A stretch of DNA of 64,000 bases from positions 16,120,001 through 16,184,000 of the forward strand of contig OX597841.1 of the NCBI GenBank assembly GCA_951406725.2. The letters run 5' to 3'. Shown piece after piece: positions 1-15,641 of this stretch (position 1 is its first letter; each line of letters opens with the position of its first letter). This DNA comes from Octopus vulgaris (taxonomy: Eukaryota). The position numbers and the translations under genes are program-made. Below the pieces are notes generated by a model. The model was not told the origin of the DNA and did no database searches. It saw only the letters and a list, made by a program, of their open reading frames with translations.

Positions 1-177
1 GAAAGATCCCGGAGCGGGCAACGGAGATAGAGAAAAAAACGACTGGTGTTAGGAGTAGCACATGGTGAAAGGCGGATGTTTACGATAACAAGAGCAAAGT
101 GGGTTTTTAAAGGCAAAAGAGTGGAGACAAGGTTGGTAACGCAACAGAATATATATATATATATAGTGTTTTGTTGT

Positions 178-533
178 CTTATTCTTTTATTTGTTTCAGT
201 CATTTGACTGCGGTCATGCTGGAGCACCGCCTTTAGTCGAACAAATCGACCACAGGACTTATTCTTTGTAAGTTTATACATATTCTATTGGTATCTTGTG
301 TCGAACTGCTAGTTTGCGGGGACGTGGACACACTAATACACACACTCATACACACACACACACACATATACGACGGGATTCTTTCAGTTTCCATCAATCA
401 AATCCACTCGCAAGGCTTTCGTCTGCCAAAGACTATGGTTGAAGACACTTGCCCAAGATGCCACGCATTGGAACTGAACCCGGAACCATGTGGGTGGTAA
501 GCAAGCTACTTACCACACAGCCACTCCTACGCC
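178..533 (-). mobile_element. SINE family A (tRNA head, CORE-like segment, internal microsatellite)
   Basis: Minus-strand head GGCGTAGGAGTGGCTGTGTGG (A box)...GGTTCAGTTC (B box), CTTGGGCAAGTG CORE-like motif, tail ...TGACTGAAACAAATAAAAGA. Confidence 0.8.
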
Positions 534-561
534 TATATATATATATGTATATATATGTATG

Positions 562-600
<39 letters not shown>

Positions 601-844
601 GTATATAGATATATACATATATATATATACATATATCATATATATGTATACACGCACATACGCGTACATGTACATATATAAATATACACACTAAAGCATG
701 TATGTATGTATATGTATATCTAACTATAGCTCTATATATACACACATACACACATATGTATATACACATATACATGCACTCACACATATGTATATATATA
801 TATGTATATATATATATGTATATATATATGTATATATATATATT

Positions 845-891
<47 letters not shown>

Positions 892-1055
892 TTAGCAATT
901 AAGGACAACTACTTAATAAGGAAAACTTAACAAGAAATTGTCAGGTAGATAGCATAAAAACCTCATAAGAGAAAAAATTTCGAAAATAATTATTTCTTAT
1001 TGAACATATTAATTTATATATAGAGGGCATTATACATACATGTATGTATAATGCC

Positions 1056-1239
<184 letters not shown>

Positions 1240-1257
1240 GTATATATATATATTTAC

Positions 1258-1310
<53 letters not shown>

Positions 1311-1357
1311 TATATATATGTTCTTGATATATATATTTGTCGTCTTCTAGTTATACA

Positions 1358-1428
<71 letters not shown>

Positions 1429-1506
1429 TTGTTCGTGTTAATGTATATATTTCTCTGTCACTCTATATGTGTGTGTGTGACTGTGTGTGTGTAAGTATGC
1501 ATATGA

Positions 1507-1567
<61 letters not shown>

Positions 1568-1689
1568 GCAATGAAGGTGTGAGGTGCGAGATGAACAGAG
1601 CTTAGGTTGTGTTCCATGCGGGAGGTCTTCCTTATCAAAGTTCCCGCTAACCGCCGAGAGGAAGACGACTATGTGTCAAGAACTATACC

Positions 1690-3010
1690 TCCCGCCGCCA
1701 CCACCACCACCATCAACACCATCACCACCACCACCACAACCACCATTATCATCATCATCATCATCATTATCACACCACCACTACCATCACCACAACCATC
1801 AAACCACCACCACGATCATCATCATCACCACCACCACCACCGCCACCATTATCATCATCATCATCATCATCACACCACCACTACCATCACCATCACCATC
1901 AAACCATCAAACCACCACCATCATCATCATCACCACCACCACCACCACCATTATCATCATCATCATCATTATCACACCACCACTACCATCACCACAACCA
2001 TGAAACCACCACCACGATCATCATCATCACCACCACCACCACCGCCACCATTATCATCATCATCATCATCATCACACCACCACTACCATCACCACAACCA
2101 TCAAACCACCACCACGATCATCATCATCATCATCACAACCACCACCATCTCCAACACTTCCACCACCATCAACACCACCATCGCAATTTCCAGCACCATC
2201 ACCATCACCATCATCATCATCATCTCATTATTACACCACAAATAACAACAACACCACTTCCACCTCCACCTCTACCACCACCATCATCATCATCATCATC
2301 ATCATCATCACCATCATAACCACCATCATCATCACGACCAACACCACTAACACCGTCGTTGTCAACGTCAACATCCCCGTCATCATCACCATCATCATCA
2401 TCGTCGTCGTCGTTGTCGTCATCACAACCACCACCACCACCACCACAACTATCACTGCCGCCCTCAATACCACCGCCGCCCCCGCCACCACCACTGCAGC
2501 CATCATCATAATCATCGTTGTCGCTACCATCGCCACTCTACCAGCACCTCCACTACTACCACATCCACAACCACCATAACCATCGCCACCACTAACCCAT
2601 TACAATCATTACCACCATCATCATCATCATCACTTCCGCCGCCACCACCACCATCATTATCACTTCCACCACCACCACCACCACCACAATCACTACCATT
2701 ACCACCACCACCACCATCATCACCACTACCACCACTACCACCACCACCATCACCACTACCACCACTACCACCATCATCACCATCACCATCACCACCACCA
2801 CCACCACAATCACTATCATCACCACCTCCACCACCATCATCACTACAACCACCACCACCATCATCACTACCATTACCAACACCACCACCATCATCATCAC
2901 TACCATCACCACCACCACCACCACCATCATCACTACCATTACCCCACCACCACCACCACCATCATCACCCCCATCACCACCTCCATCACCATCACCATCA
3001 CCACTACCAA
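1690..3010. repeat. (CAC/CAT)n compound microsatellite
   Basis: Direct reading. Confidence 0.95.
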
Positions 3011-3094
3011 CAGCACTATTACGCTGTGAGCTTTTGTAACGCTGATGTCAAAGAAGAGAAATATAAGCAGATTTTAAAGGGGGAATGAGACGAC

Positions 3095-3270
3095 TGGGCG
3101 CGGCTGTTTGGGCGCTAGTGATTTGGCGCGGCTGTTTGGGCGCTAGTGATTTGGCGCGGCTGTTTGGGCGCCGGCGATGTGGCGCAACCGTTTGGGTACG
3201 GGTAGTTTGGTACGGCTGTTTTGGGGTGAGGTAATCTGGCGTAGCTGCTCGGGCGTTGGCGAGTTGGTCA
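3095..3270. repeat. GC-rich 14/28-bp decaying tandem repeat
   Basis: GGCGCGGCTGTTTGGGCGCTAGTGATTT repeated, then degenerating. Confidence 0.7.
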
Positions 3271-3350
3271 ACGAAGTTGTAATGTTTAACAAAACGGGCA
3301 GTTACCAACTTCTTTAGCTCCACATCTTTTCCACTTTTTCGGCTGCAAAC

Positions 3351-3815
3351 TTTTCTTCTTCTTCTTCTTCTTCTTCTTCTTCTTCTTCTTCTTCTTCTTC
3401 TTCTTCTTCTTCTTCTTCTTCTTCTTCTTCTTCTTCTTCACATTCTTCTTCTTCTTCACATTCTTCTTCTTCTTCTTCTTCTTCTTCTTCTTCTTCTTCT
3501 TTTTCTTTTTCTTCTTCCTTCTCTTCCTCTTCTTCTTCTTCTTCTTTTTTTTCTTTTTCTTCTTCTTCCTTCTCTTCCTCTTCTTCTTCTTCCTCTTCTA
3601 ATTCTTCTTCTTCCTCTTTTTCTTTCTTCTTCTTCTTCTTCCTCTTCTTCTTCTTCTTCCTCTTCTTCTTCTTCTCCTTCTTTTTCTTCTTCTTCTTTTT
3701 CTTCTTCCTCTTCTTCTTCTTCTCCTTCTTTTTCTTCTTCTTTTCTTCTTCTTCTTCTTCTTCTTCTTCTTCTTCTTCTTCTTCTTCTTCTGCTTCTTCT
3801 CCTCCTCCTCCTCCT
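3351..3815. repeat. (CTT)n microsatellite
   Basis: Direct reading. Confidence 0.95.
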
Positions 3816-4585
3816 TGTCTATCATCATCATCTCCACCGTAATTATCCTCATCATCCTCACCATCACCTTCATCATCTTTCCTCTTCCCCCCCTTGACCT
3901 CCTCCTCCCACAAACCCTAACCCCCCCAACTTTCTTCACCTTCCGTCTCTCTGTCAGTCGGTCTGTCTGCCTGTCCCCTGTCCTATCCCCTCTGTCCTGT
4001 CCCCTGTCCTTGTCCCCTATCCAATCCTTGTCTTTTCACTCTATCCGGACGTTTATTACATTCTAGCCCCTGAAATTATTTACAAAAGCAACATCCTGAC
4101 CTCCTCTACCACCACCACCACCACCCCCGAGCAAACCCCCCACCACCGCACCCGCCAAACCCCCACTACCACCCACTTCTACCCCCCATCCCACTTCAAG
4201 CACCCCCATCCCCCGCCCAACACCCCCCCCCGAACCTATCCGCAAAAAAAAAATACAAACAAGAAAAAACCTTCATTCAGCTTCTACAAGAACATGAAGC
4301 GAAAACACTCGCAGTAGCAACAACAACAACAACAACAACAGCAACAGCAACAATGAAATTCCCTCCAAAAACAACAACACAAACACATAACCAAAAAAAA
4401 AAAATAGCAGAAAAAAAGAAAAACGAGTTAAAAGCAAAAAAAACACGACACAAAAAAAAACAAAAGATATAAAAAAAAATTACGAAAACAAAATGTAAAT
4501 CACACGAAAAAAATATGTTACTAAACGTGAAGAGAAGGTAGAATAATAATGATAATAATAATAATAGTAATAATAATAATAATAA

Positions 4586-4586
<1 letters not shown>

Positions 4587-4616
<30 letters not shown>

Positions 4617-5223
4617 AAGAAGAAGAAGAAGAAGAAGAAGAAGAAGAAGAAGAAGGAGAAGAAGGAGAAGAAGGAGAAGAAAAGGAAGAAGAAGAAGAAG
4701 ATGAAGAAGAAGGAGGAGGAGGAGGAGAAGAAGAAGAAGAAGAAGAAGAAGAAGAAGAAGAAGAAGAAGATGAAATGAAGAAGAAGGAGGAGGAGGAGGA
4801 GAAGAAGAAGAAGAAGAAGAAGAAGAAGAAGGAGAAGGAAAAGAAGGAGGAGGAGGAGAAGAAGAAGAAGAAGGAGAAGAAGAAGGAGAAGAAGAAGAAG
4901 AAGAAGAAGAAGAAGAAGAAGAAGAAGGAGAAGAAGAAGAAGAAGAAGAAGAAGAAGAAGAAGGAGAAGAAGGAGAAGAAGGAGAAGAAAAGGAAGAAGA
5001 AGAAGAAGATGAAGAAGAAGGAGGAGGAGGAGGAGAAGAAGAAGAAGAAGAAGAAGAAGGAGAAGAAGAAAAAGAAGAAGAAGAAGAAGAAGAAGAAGAA
5101 GACGAGGAAGAAGATTAAGAAGAAGAAGAAGAAGAAGATGAAGAAGAAGAAGAAGGAGGAGAAGAGGAAGAAGAAGAAGAAGAAGAAGAAGAAGAAGAAG
5201 AAGAAGAAGACGAAGAAGAAGAA

Positions 5224-5254
<31 letters not shown>

Positions 5255-5347
5255 AAGAAGGAGGAGGAGGAGGAGGAGAAGAAGAAGAAGAAGAAGAAGA
5301 AGAAGAAGAAGAAGAAGAAGGAGGAGGAGGAGAAGAAGAAGGAGAAG

Positions 5348-5379
<32 letters not shown>

Positions 5380-5545
5380 GAAGGAGGAGGAGGAGAAGAA
5401 GAAGGAGAAGAAGAAGAAGAAGAAGAAGAAGAAGAAGAAGACGAGGAAGAAGAAGAAGAAGACGAGGAAGAAGATTAAGGAGGAGGAAGAAGGAGAAGAA
5501 GCAGACGAGGAAGAAGATTAAGAAGAAGAAGAAGGAGAAGAAGTT
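4587..5545. repeat. (GAA/GGA)n microsatellite
   Basis: Direct reading. Confidence 0.95.
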
Positions 5546-5782
5546 GAAGGAGAAAACAGTCGGAGTCATCTGTTGTAACCAGATTCTCTCTTACACCCGT
5601 ATATAAACATCCGCTCCCTTGTACAGAAACTACAGACAGGGTCCAGGCCTCTGTGCAAAACACCAACAAACCCCTAAAGCATACCCCTTCCCCTAACTCC
5701 AGCCCATCGCACCTCTTATCCGTCCGCCACACCACCACCCCACCGTCTCCTCTAACCCTGTCTCAACACGGCCTATTTCTCA

Positions 5783-5819
<37 letters not shown>

Positions 5820-5975
5820 GTTTGTGTTTTTTTTTAATATTTTTTTACTGTTTGGAAATGCGGTATCCCTAACAAGTTTACGGGAATGGGGTGGTCCGGG
5901 GGTTTGTCTGTTATTCTGCTGTATATAAACAGAACAAAATTATCACTAGACCAGAAAAAAATATTATTATTATTA

Positions 5976-6036
<61 letters not shown>

Positions 6037-6037
<1 letters not shown>

Positions 6038-6589
6038 GAGTGAGAGAGCAGTGCACGCCATCAAAGTGTCACAGGGGTAAAATAAACGAAGCCCAGTATA
6101 CCCATCATGACTACCCGTCTGATAAAGGTACACCAGGCACATGCATCACAACCATATGTGTGCAACATGGTGATCTCATATCAAGATAAACAGAACATGA
6201 CCTTGCAGGTGGGGCCCAGTTAAAATTTTCTTCTGCTCGAGTAGCCAATCCCGCTCAAAAAGTCCCTGAATAAGGGTTGTTTAAGGATGTTGAACGAAAC
6301 ACCCATGTTTCCAGAGGTGAATTATTCAAACCCCAAAGAATCCCTCTCAACACATGGCTATGATGCTCCCCCACTACTTCTGCCCGTGATCAGAGATGCA
6401 CATATCGTCAGCCAATAACGGACATGCTCAACTGGTTAAGGTCAAACAACTGACAAGCAAATCTGTGGTATTGAGCAGAATATTTGCTGTAGCCCATCTT
6501 TTATACCAAGACAAAACAATGTACATGATAACACTTCCAATCAGTTAAGATCAGAAGCCATGAGAGCCACTGCCTGGTACTGCATCAGG
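6037..6589 (-). mobile_element. ~550-bp (AAT)n-embedded non-autonomous retroposon
   Basis: Reverse complement of 53318-53874; (TTA)n on both sides. Confidence 0.8.
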
Positions 6590-6630
6590 TTATTATTATT
6601 ATTATCATCATTTTTATTATTATTTTTATT

Positions 6631-6716
<86 letters not shown>

Positions 6717-6736
6717 CATCATTATTATTATTATTT

Positions 6737-6893
<157 letters not shown>

Positions 6894-7454
6894 TGGTGGA
6901 GACAGCGGTGGTGGTGGTAGTTATTATCGCTGTTGTTACTGTTCTTTGTGAATGGTTACATTTCACAGATCAGTGCACAGGAAAACCATTCGCCACCCCC
7001 TACCTCCGCCAAGAACACCCTACGTATGAAATTAATACGATTTCTTTTATTTATTTATTTTTTTTATTTATTTCCGATTATTTACCATAATTTATTTTTG
7101 GTCCCTTTGCAGCACCGAGAAATTCTTCGAAAATATTTGGACGTCTGCCTCATTACCTGGGAGAGACAGTCTCTTACAACCGTTTACCTGTTTTGACATT
7201 TGTAATATTTACGCGCTACAAATATGGCTGCCTTCCGATGTGACAAGAAGTGGAACTCCCCTCGCCGTGGTAATTCTCAAGTAAACAACCTCGATCGCAA
7301 ATTATTAATTACATATGCAGAACGAGCCTCGAAACCCGATACTTACTCAAATATAATCCGTCACCCACCACCACCGAAAAGAAAAAAAGAAAAAATTACA
7401 AACGATAATTGTAATTATGCATTTATGTATATATAGACGCCATGATAGATCGGT

Positions 7455-8257
<803 letters not shown>

Positions 8258-8434
8258 ACTAAAGTGACAGAGGGTGCTTTTCAGCACCAACATTGCTAGA
8301 TATAGTAGTCAAAGCATCTCTTAGCCACGTGAGAGCATTTTCTAACGTGTCTTGACGCTTATTTCTAGCAACGCTGTTGACGAATATATTTGTTTCCTTT
8401 CAGTTCTAAACTGCAATTAGCCACCTTACTGATT

Positions 8435-8732
<298 letters not shown>

Positions 8733-8803
8733 ACACACACACACACATGTATGTATGTATGTATGTATGTATGTGTGTGTGTATGGCTGTATGTATATGT
8801 ATG

Positions 8804-8863
<60 letters not shown>

Positions 8864-8933
8864 GGAGTAAATACATAAATATGAAACAAGTTGGAAAAAA
8901 GGGTACTCAAATACCAGTGGTAGAGTAATATGT

Positions 8934-9035
8934 TTTATTTAAAGCAGCAGAAAATTCAACAAAACCTTTTACTCTGAGTTTCACGTTGCCGTTCATCGGA
9001 TAGGTTTTGTTGAATTTTCTGCTGCTTTAAATAAA
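8934..9035 (-). ncRNA. Type I hammerhead ribozyme (CCGAUGA core) closed by a ~35-bp stem I
   Basis: Minus strand reads ...ACCUAU-CCGAUGA-ACG GCAA CGU-GAAA-CUCAGAG-UA-AAAGGU... Arms 8934-8967 and 9002-9035 are complementary. Confidence 0.7.
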
Positions 9036-9057
9036 GTATATATATATATAGCCCGGC

Positions 9058-9102
<45 letters not shown>

Positions 9103-9987
9103 ACGGGCTACTTTCAATATCCGTCTACCACATTCACTAACAAAGCTTTGGGCGGCCCGAGGTTATAGCAGAAGACAGAGAGAGAGGGGGAGAGAGAGAG
9201 AGAGAAGGGAAAGAGATGGGGGGAGAAAGTGAAACAAGAGTGAAAAAAAAAAAGACAGGAGAAGGATGAAAGAGAGAGAAAAAGGTGAAATATTTAGAGA
9301 GAAATAACGAATGACAGAGAGAAAAATTGAGAAGAGAGACGAAAGAACGTGATTTTAATATGGCGTTCCATCGGTTGTTGACATTGTTAAAGGAACGGTT
9401 ATTTGAATGAAGCAGACGACCGCTAAAGATGTTTGGATGAGAAGAGTGAGAATGGAAAATGTCGGCTTTATTTTGACAGCTCAGACGACCGACATCAGCT
9501 ACGATTTCAGAAACACATTTGATTGCAGAATACAGCACATTCTTCGCATTGTAGATGTTGTTGTTGCTGTTGTTACTGCTGTTATGGTAGCTGTCGTTGT
9601 TGGTATGTCGTCTTCTTTGTGTTGTTTTAGTCAATGGTTTGCGGCCATACTGGGGCACAACTTCGAAGGATTTTTGAGTCGAATGAATCGATTCCAGCGA
9701 TTGCTTTTTTTTTTGTTTTCTAATTTTAAGACTTCGTACGTATTCTATCGGGCTCTTTTTGCCGAACCGCTACTTAATGTAGACAAGCTACTGGTCGTCA
9801 AATGGTGACTGTAGGGGGATGAGATTGGCAAGCACAAGCACAAACACACACATGAATATACACGCACACACATACACATATATATATATAAACACACATA
9901 TATTCATACACACACATACATACAGCCAGTTATAAATACGTACGTAGATATATACATATATCCATATATTATACGTATACACTAGTG

Positions 9988-10018
<31 letters not shown>

Positions 10019-10494
10019 GGTGATTGAAAAGTAACTCTCAATTTTAAAATACTTATAAATTATTCATTAGGCACAGGAGTGGTCTCGCCTTCGAAACACG
10101 CTTGAGTCTAACTAGCGACAGCTGATGACCGGGGATTTTTCCTTATTTTCTTGTTATAATTTAATGTTTTTCCCGTTTCTACGTCCTGTTGTTGTGTCCT
10201 GTACTCACGTATATTTATTTCTATATACATGTAGATGTAGGTACGTACATATATGTTTGTATGTATGCATATATTTTAATTATTACATTATTGTCTGACA
10301 GCGCCTCGCGTCGGGTTCGTTTTCGATTCGTCGGTTCGTTCCATCTCTTGTCCTCCATTTTAATTTATATATATATATATATATATATATTGATAAAAAC
10401 GATAAGGTAACAAAAGAAAGAAAGAGACCTCGATATTATGTAAATAGAGGAATTTATCTGTAAATATAATATGTGACAATTATTCGGTAGCTAT

Positions 10495-10555
10495 GATAAA
10501 ACTCTGAGTTTCGGATGCCCAGGTTGAAATCCACGCCACCATCTCTTCAGTTATC
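10495..10555 (-). ncRNA. Type I hammerhead ribozyme, mirror copy in the left arm
   Basis: Reverse complement of 10565-10625 with one substitution in the stem II insert. Confidence 0.7.
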
Positions 10556-10564
10556 TGATGGCCG

Positions 10565-10625
10565 GATAACTGAAGAGATGGTGGCGTGGATTTCCACCTG
10601 GGCATCCGAAACTCAGAGTTTTATC
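10565..10625 (+). ncRNA. Type I hammerhead ribozyme (CUGAAGA core), right arm of an inverted repeat
   Basis: GAUAA-CUGAAGA-GAUG...CAUCC-GAAA-CUCAGAG-UU-UUAUC. Confidence 0.7.
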
Positions 10626-10660
10626 TTGGCTACCGAATAATTGTCAAATATTATATTTAC

Positions 10661-10711
<51 letters not shown>

Positions 10712-10716
<5 letters not shown>

Positions 10717-10905
10717 GCAATCAAAAAACACAGAGAAAAAGAAGAAACAAACGTTTAGGACGTTGCACAAGCAATGTATTAATAAGACGCTCAGAGAAGG
10801 AAAAAGAGTAGTTGTTTTACGTTTCGAGCATAGCTCTTTTTCGGAAACAGAAAGAAACAGGAAAGTCCAAGACGAAGAAGGAAAGAAATCGCCAACAATC
10901 ACGTG
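10712..10905 (-). mobile_element. Minimal-HHR element, degenerate core (HHR 10813-10849)
   Basis: Minus strand UGUUU-CCGAAAA-A-GAGC UAU GCUC-GAAA-CG-UA-AAACA. Confidence 0.55.
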
Positions 10906-11398
10906 CAGTTGTGTGTGTGTATGTATGTGTGTGTGTATTGTCTGTGTGTGTATGTGTGTGCTCGTACCGGTTTTGATTGATGAATATATAAACTATGCAC
11001 TTTATAACACCTAGGTATTTCAGAGCTGGAGGTCAGGATTGTGCTTTAGTCGATACGATCATAGACAGGCTGTCATGTTTGTTTGGAGAGCTGATCGATA
11101 GGTCTGATCGTGAAAAATTCGATTAAACGTATCTGATCGCCTTCAATCGATGTAGCGAATAACTATGCCGCTTCAGGCACGTACCACGTCTATGCTTGCG
11201 AGCGCGTGTGTGCCTGTGCACGTGTCTGAGTCGAATGCACGCAAACACACCAACATCGGTTGTCAAGCGACGGTAGTGGGACAAACACAGGCACACAAAC
11301 ACATGGATATATATATATACATGTGTGTGTGTATGTGTGTGTGCGTATAAATATATATAATACATATATATATATATACTACACATATATATATATAA

Positions 11399-11506
<108 letters not shown>

Positions 11507-11699
11507 TATAATACATACATACATATATATATATATATACACGACGGGTTTCTTTCAGTTTCCGTCTTCCAAATCCTCTCACGAAGATTTTATGGCCAGA
11601 GGCTATGGTAGATGACACTTGCCCAAGGTGTTACGCACTGATACTGAACCAGAAACCATGTGGTTGGTATGTACATTCCTGCGCCATGTTGATTCGTTA

Positions 11700-11892
11700 G
11701 TTACTGCACGCATTTTTTTTCTCTCCTTCTTTCTGTGTTTTTTTTCTCTCTGTGTATCTTTCTGTTGAAGAGCGTAGGCTCGAAACGTTAAAGACTTGTT
11801 TTATTTATATTTCCTGAGCGCCATACTAATACAATTGTTTGTTTGTTTTCCACCTGCCTTCGTCTTTTGTCTATTTTCATAAAGCTTCCCGT
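11700..11892 (+). mobile_element. Minimal-HHR element (HHR 11757-11794, CUGUUGA core)
   Basis: UCUUU-CUGUUGA-A-GAGC GUAG GCUC-GAAA-CG-UU-AAAGA; homologous to the 7455 copies. Confidence 0.6.
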
Positions 11893-11909
11893 TATATATA
11901 TATACATAC

Positions 11910-11988
<79 letters not shown>

Positions 11989-12223
11989 TATGTATATAAA
12001 CATTTTCGACCTCACACACTCGTTGCTGCATATTTACCGGTATGCTGCGAATAGCGTGGTGAAGATTACTCCCTCAAAGTGTTGGTTGTTAAAATACCTG
12101 AAAGTAAAGATAAAGGGAGACAACTCACCCGAAATCCCATTCTGGAGTGGTGCACATCGATGTTTCACCATTTTTGTGGCTTATCAACATCAAGTACCCG
12201 AACCGTTGGAAAAGGAGAAATGG

Positions 12224-12257
12224 CTTGACGTTTCGGACACTGGTTCTTCTTCAGAAA
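12224..12257 (-). ncRNA. Minimal hammerhead motif (CUGAAGA core)
   Basis: Minus strand UUU-CUGAAGA-A-GAAC CAGU GUCC-GAAA-CG-UC-AAG; one mismatch in stem II. Confidence 0.5.
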
Positions 12258-12522
12258 GAAAAACAATGTAGAAAGATGGTTGAAAAATACGTGCACACAC
12301 ATACATATGTGTGCATACATACATATATACATGCATATTGACAGACATGCATGCATGCACATATATAATATACATACATACCCACAGAAACACAGAGACA
12401 CACAGACATATATATACACATACAGAGAGAGAGACAGGCAGACAGACAGACAGACAGACAGGCACAGAGACGGAGAGCGAAATAGATAGAAATGTATGTA
12501 TATATATACAGATATATTGTTG

Positions 12523-12558
<36 letters not shown>

Positions 12559-12627
12559 GCAACACTTTTTTTGTATAATAATATGTATATATGTATTTGT
12601 ATGTATGTATGTATGTATCTATGTATA

Positions 12628-12681
<54 letters not shown>

Positions 12682-12689
12682 CATATTTG

Positions 12690-12747
<58 letters not shown>

Positions 12748-12758
12748 CATATATATAC

Positions 12759-12812
<54 letters not shown>

Positions 12813-12896
12813 GTGTGTACATATATATATTTATGTTTGTGTGTACATATATATATTATGTGGCTGTATGTGTGTGTGTGTGTGTTAATATTTATA

Positions 12897-13365
12897 TGAG
12901 CTGGCAGAAAATTTAGCACGCCGGGCGAAATGCTTAGCGGTATTTCGTCTGCCGTTACGTTCTGAGTTCAAATTCCGCCGTGGTCGACTTTGCCTTTCAT
13001 CCTTTCGGGGTCGATAACTTAAGTGTGTGTGTGTGTGTGTGTGTAGGAGGGGAGAATTCGCAATAAAAAAATACAAAAGACCAAGATTAAATGAGTACCA
13101 GTTACGCACTGGGGTCGATATAATCGACTTAATCCGTTTGTCTGTCCTTGTTTGTCCCCTCTCTGTGTTTAGCCCCTTGTGAGTAGTAAAGAAATAGGTA
13201 TTTCGTCTGTCTTTACGTTCTGAGTTCAAATTCCACCGAGGTCGATTTTGCCTTTCATCCTTTCGGGGTGGTCGATAAATTAAGTACCAGTTGCATACTA
13301 GGGTCGATCTAACTGACTGTCCTCCCCACCTCCTCTAACATTTAAGGCCTTGTGCTTAGACTAGA
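12897..13365 (+). mobile_element. SINE family B, head plus ~2 body units
   Basis: GAGCTGGCAGAA...GAGTTCAAATTCC (B-box-like)...GCCTTTCATCCTTTCGGGGTCGATAA. Confidence 0.75.
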
Positions 13366-13395
13366 AAAGACTTATAAATGTAAACGTGCTTGCAA

Positions 13396-13766
13396 ATGTA
13401 TGTATGTATGTATGTATGTTTGTATGTATGTATGTATGTATGTATGTATGTATGTATGTATGTTTGTATGTATGTACGTATGTATGTATGTATGTATGTA
13501 TGTTTGTATGTATGTATGTATGTAATGTATGTATGTATGTATGTATGTATGTATGTTTGTATGTATGTATGTATGTATGTATGTATGTTTGTATGTAATG
13601 TATGTATGTATGTATGTATGTATGTATGTATGTATGTTTGTATGTATGTATGTAATGTATGTATGTATGTATGTATGTATGTATGTATGTATGTATGTAT
13701 GTTTGTATGTATGTATGTATGTAATGTATGTATGTATGTATGTATGTATGTATGTATGTTTGTATG

Positions 13767-13797
<31 letters not shown>

Positions 13798-13831
13798 TGT
13801 ATGTATGTATGTATGTATGTATGTATGTATG

Positions 13832-13862
<31 letters not shown>

Positions 13863-13961
13863 TGTATGTATGTATGTATGTATGTATGTATGTATGTATG
13901 TTTGTATGTATGTATGTATGTATGTAATGTATGTATGTATGTATGTATGTATGTATGTATG

Positions 13962-13998
<37 letters not shown>

Positions 13999-14274
13999 TG
14001 TATGTATGTATGTATGTATGTATGTATGTATGTATGTTTGTATGTATGTATGTATGTATGTATGTATGTATGTATGTATGTATGTATGTATGTATGTATG
14101 TATGTGTGTATGTATGTATGTATGTGTGTATGTATGTATGTATGTATGTATGTATGTATGTATGAATGTGTGTATGTATGTATGTATGTGTGTATGTATG
14201 TATGTATGTAATGTATGTATGTTTGTATGTATGTATGCATGTATGTATGTATGTATGTAATGTATGTATGTATG

Positions 14275-14305
<31 letters not shown>

Positions 14306-15222
14306 TGTATGTATGTATGTATGCATGTATGTAATGTATGTATGTATGTATGTATGTATGTAATGTATGTATGTTTGTATGTGTGTATGCATGTATGTAT
14401 GTATGTATGTATGTATGTATGAATGTATGTATGTATGTATGTAATGTATGTATGTATGTATGTATGTATGTATGTATGTATGTATGTATGTATGTATGTA
14501 TGTATGTATGAATGTGTGTATGTATGTATGTATGTGTGTATGTATGTATGTATGTAATGTATGTATGTTTGTATGTATGTATGCATGTATGTATGTATGT
14601 TTGTATGTATGTTTGTATGTATGTATGTATGTATGTAATGTATGTATGTATGTATGTAATGTATGTATGTATGTATGTATGTATGTATGTATGTATGTTT
14701 GTATGTATGCATGCATGTATGTATGTAATGTATGTAATGTATGTATGTATGTATGTGTGTATGTATGTGTGAATGTATGTATGTATGTATGTATGTATGT
14801 GTGTATGTGTGTATGTATGTGTGTATTCATGTATGTATGTATGTATGTATGTATGTATGTATGTATGTATGTATGTATGTTTGTATGTATGTATGTATGT
14901 ATGTATGTTTGTATGTATGTATGTATGTATGTATGTATGTATGTATGTATGTATGTATGTTTGTATGTATGTTTGTATGTATGTATGTATGTGTGTATGT
15001 ATGTATGTATGTATGTATGTATGTATGTTTGTATGTATGTATGTATGTATGTATGTATGTATGTGTGTATGTATGTAATGTATGTATGTATGTATGTATG
15101 TATGTGTGTATGTATGTTTGTATGTATGTATGTATGTATGTATGTATGTATGTGTGTATGTATGAGGGTATGTATGTATGTATGTTTGTATGTATGTATG
15201 TATGTATGTAATGTATGTATGT
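13396..15222. repeat. ~1.8-kb (TATG)n satellite
   Basis: Direct reading; recurrent TAATG/TTTG variants. Confidence 0.97.
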
Positions 15223-15238
15223 ATATCATTCCATTTCT

Positions 15239-15300
<62 letters not shown>

Positions 15301-15548
15301 ATATAGAGCTGATGAGGAAGAGATTCACAGTTCTAAGAAGCTGCTGAGAGCGGAGGTGGTTTAAAAACAAAAAACAAAAAACCGCGAGCAAAGGAGGCGG
15401 GTGAGGGTGGGGGTTGTTTCGGTCGGGTGTTTTTGCTCTTATCGCTGTCTCTCATCGAACTTATAAATTCGATCCGATGATTAAAAATACACCGACTACT
15501 GATCGGCGCGTTTACGAGCTAGTACATGTGTCTGTATAGATATATATA

Positions 15549-15641
<93 letters not shown>

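Noticed and set aside
10090-10135. GAAA...CTGATGA in type II hammerhead order (also 18892-18930)
   Set aside because: Stem I cannot be formed convincingly.
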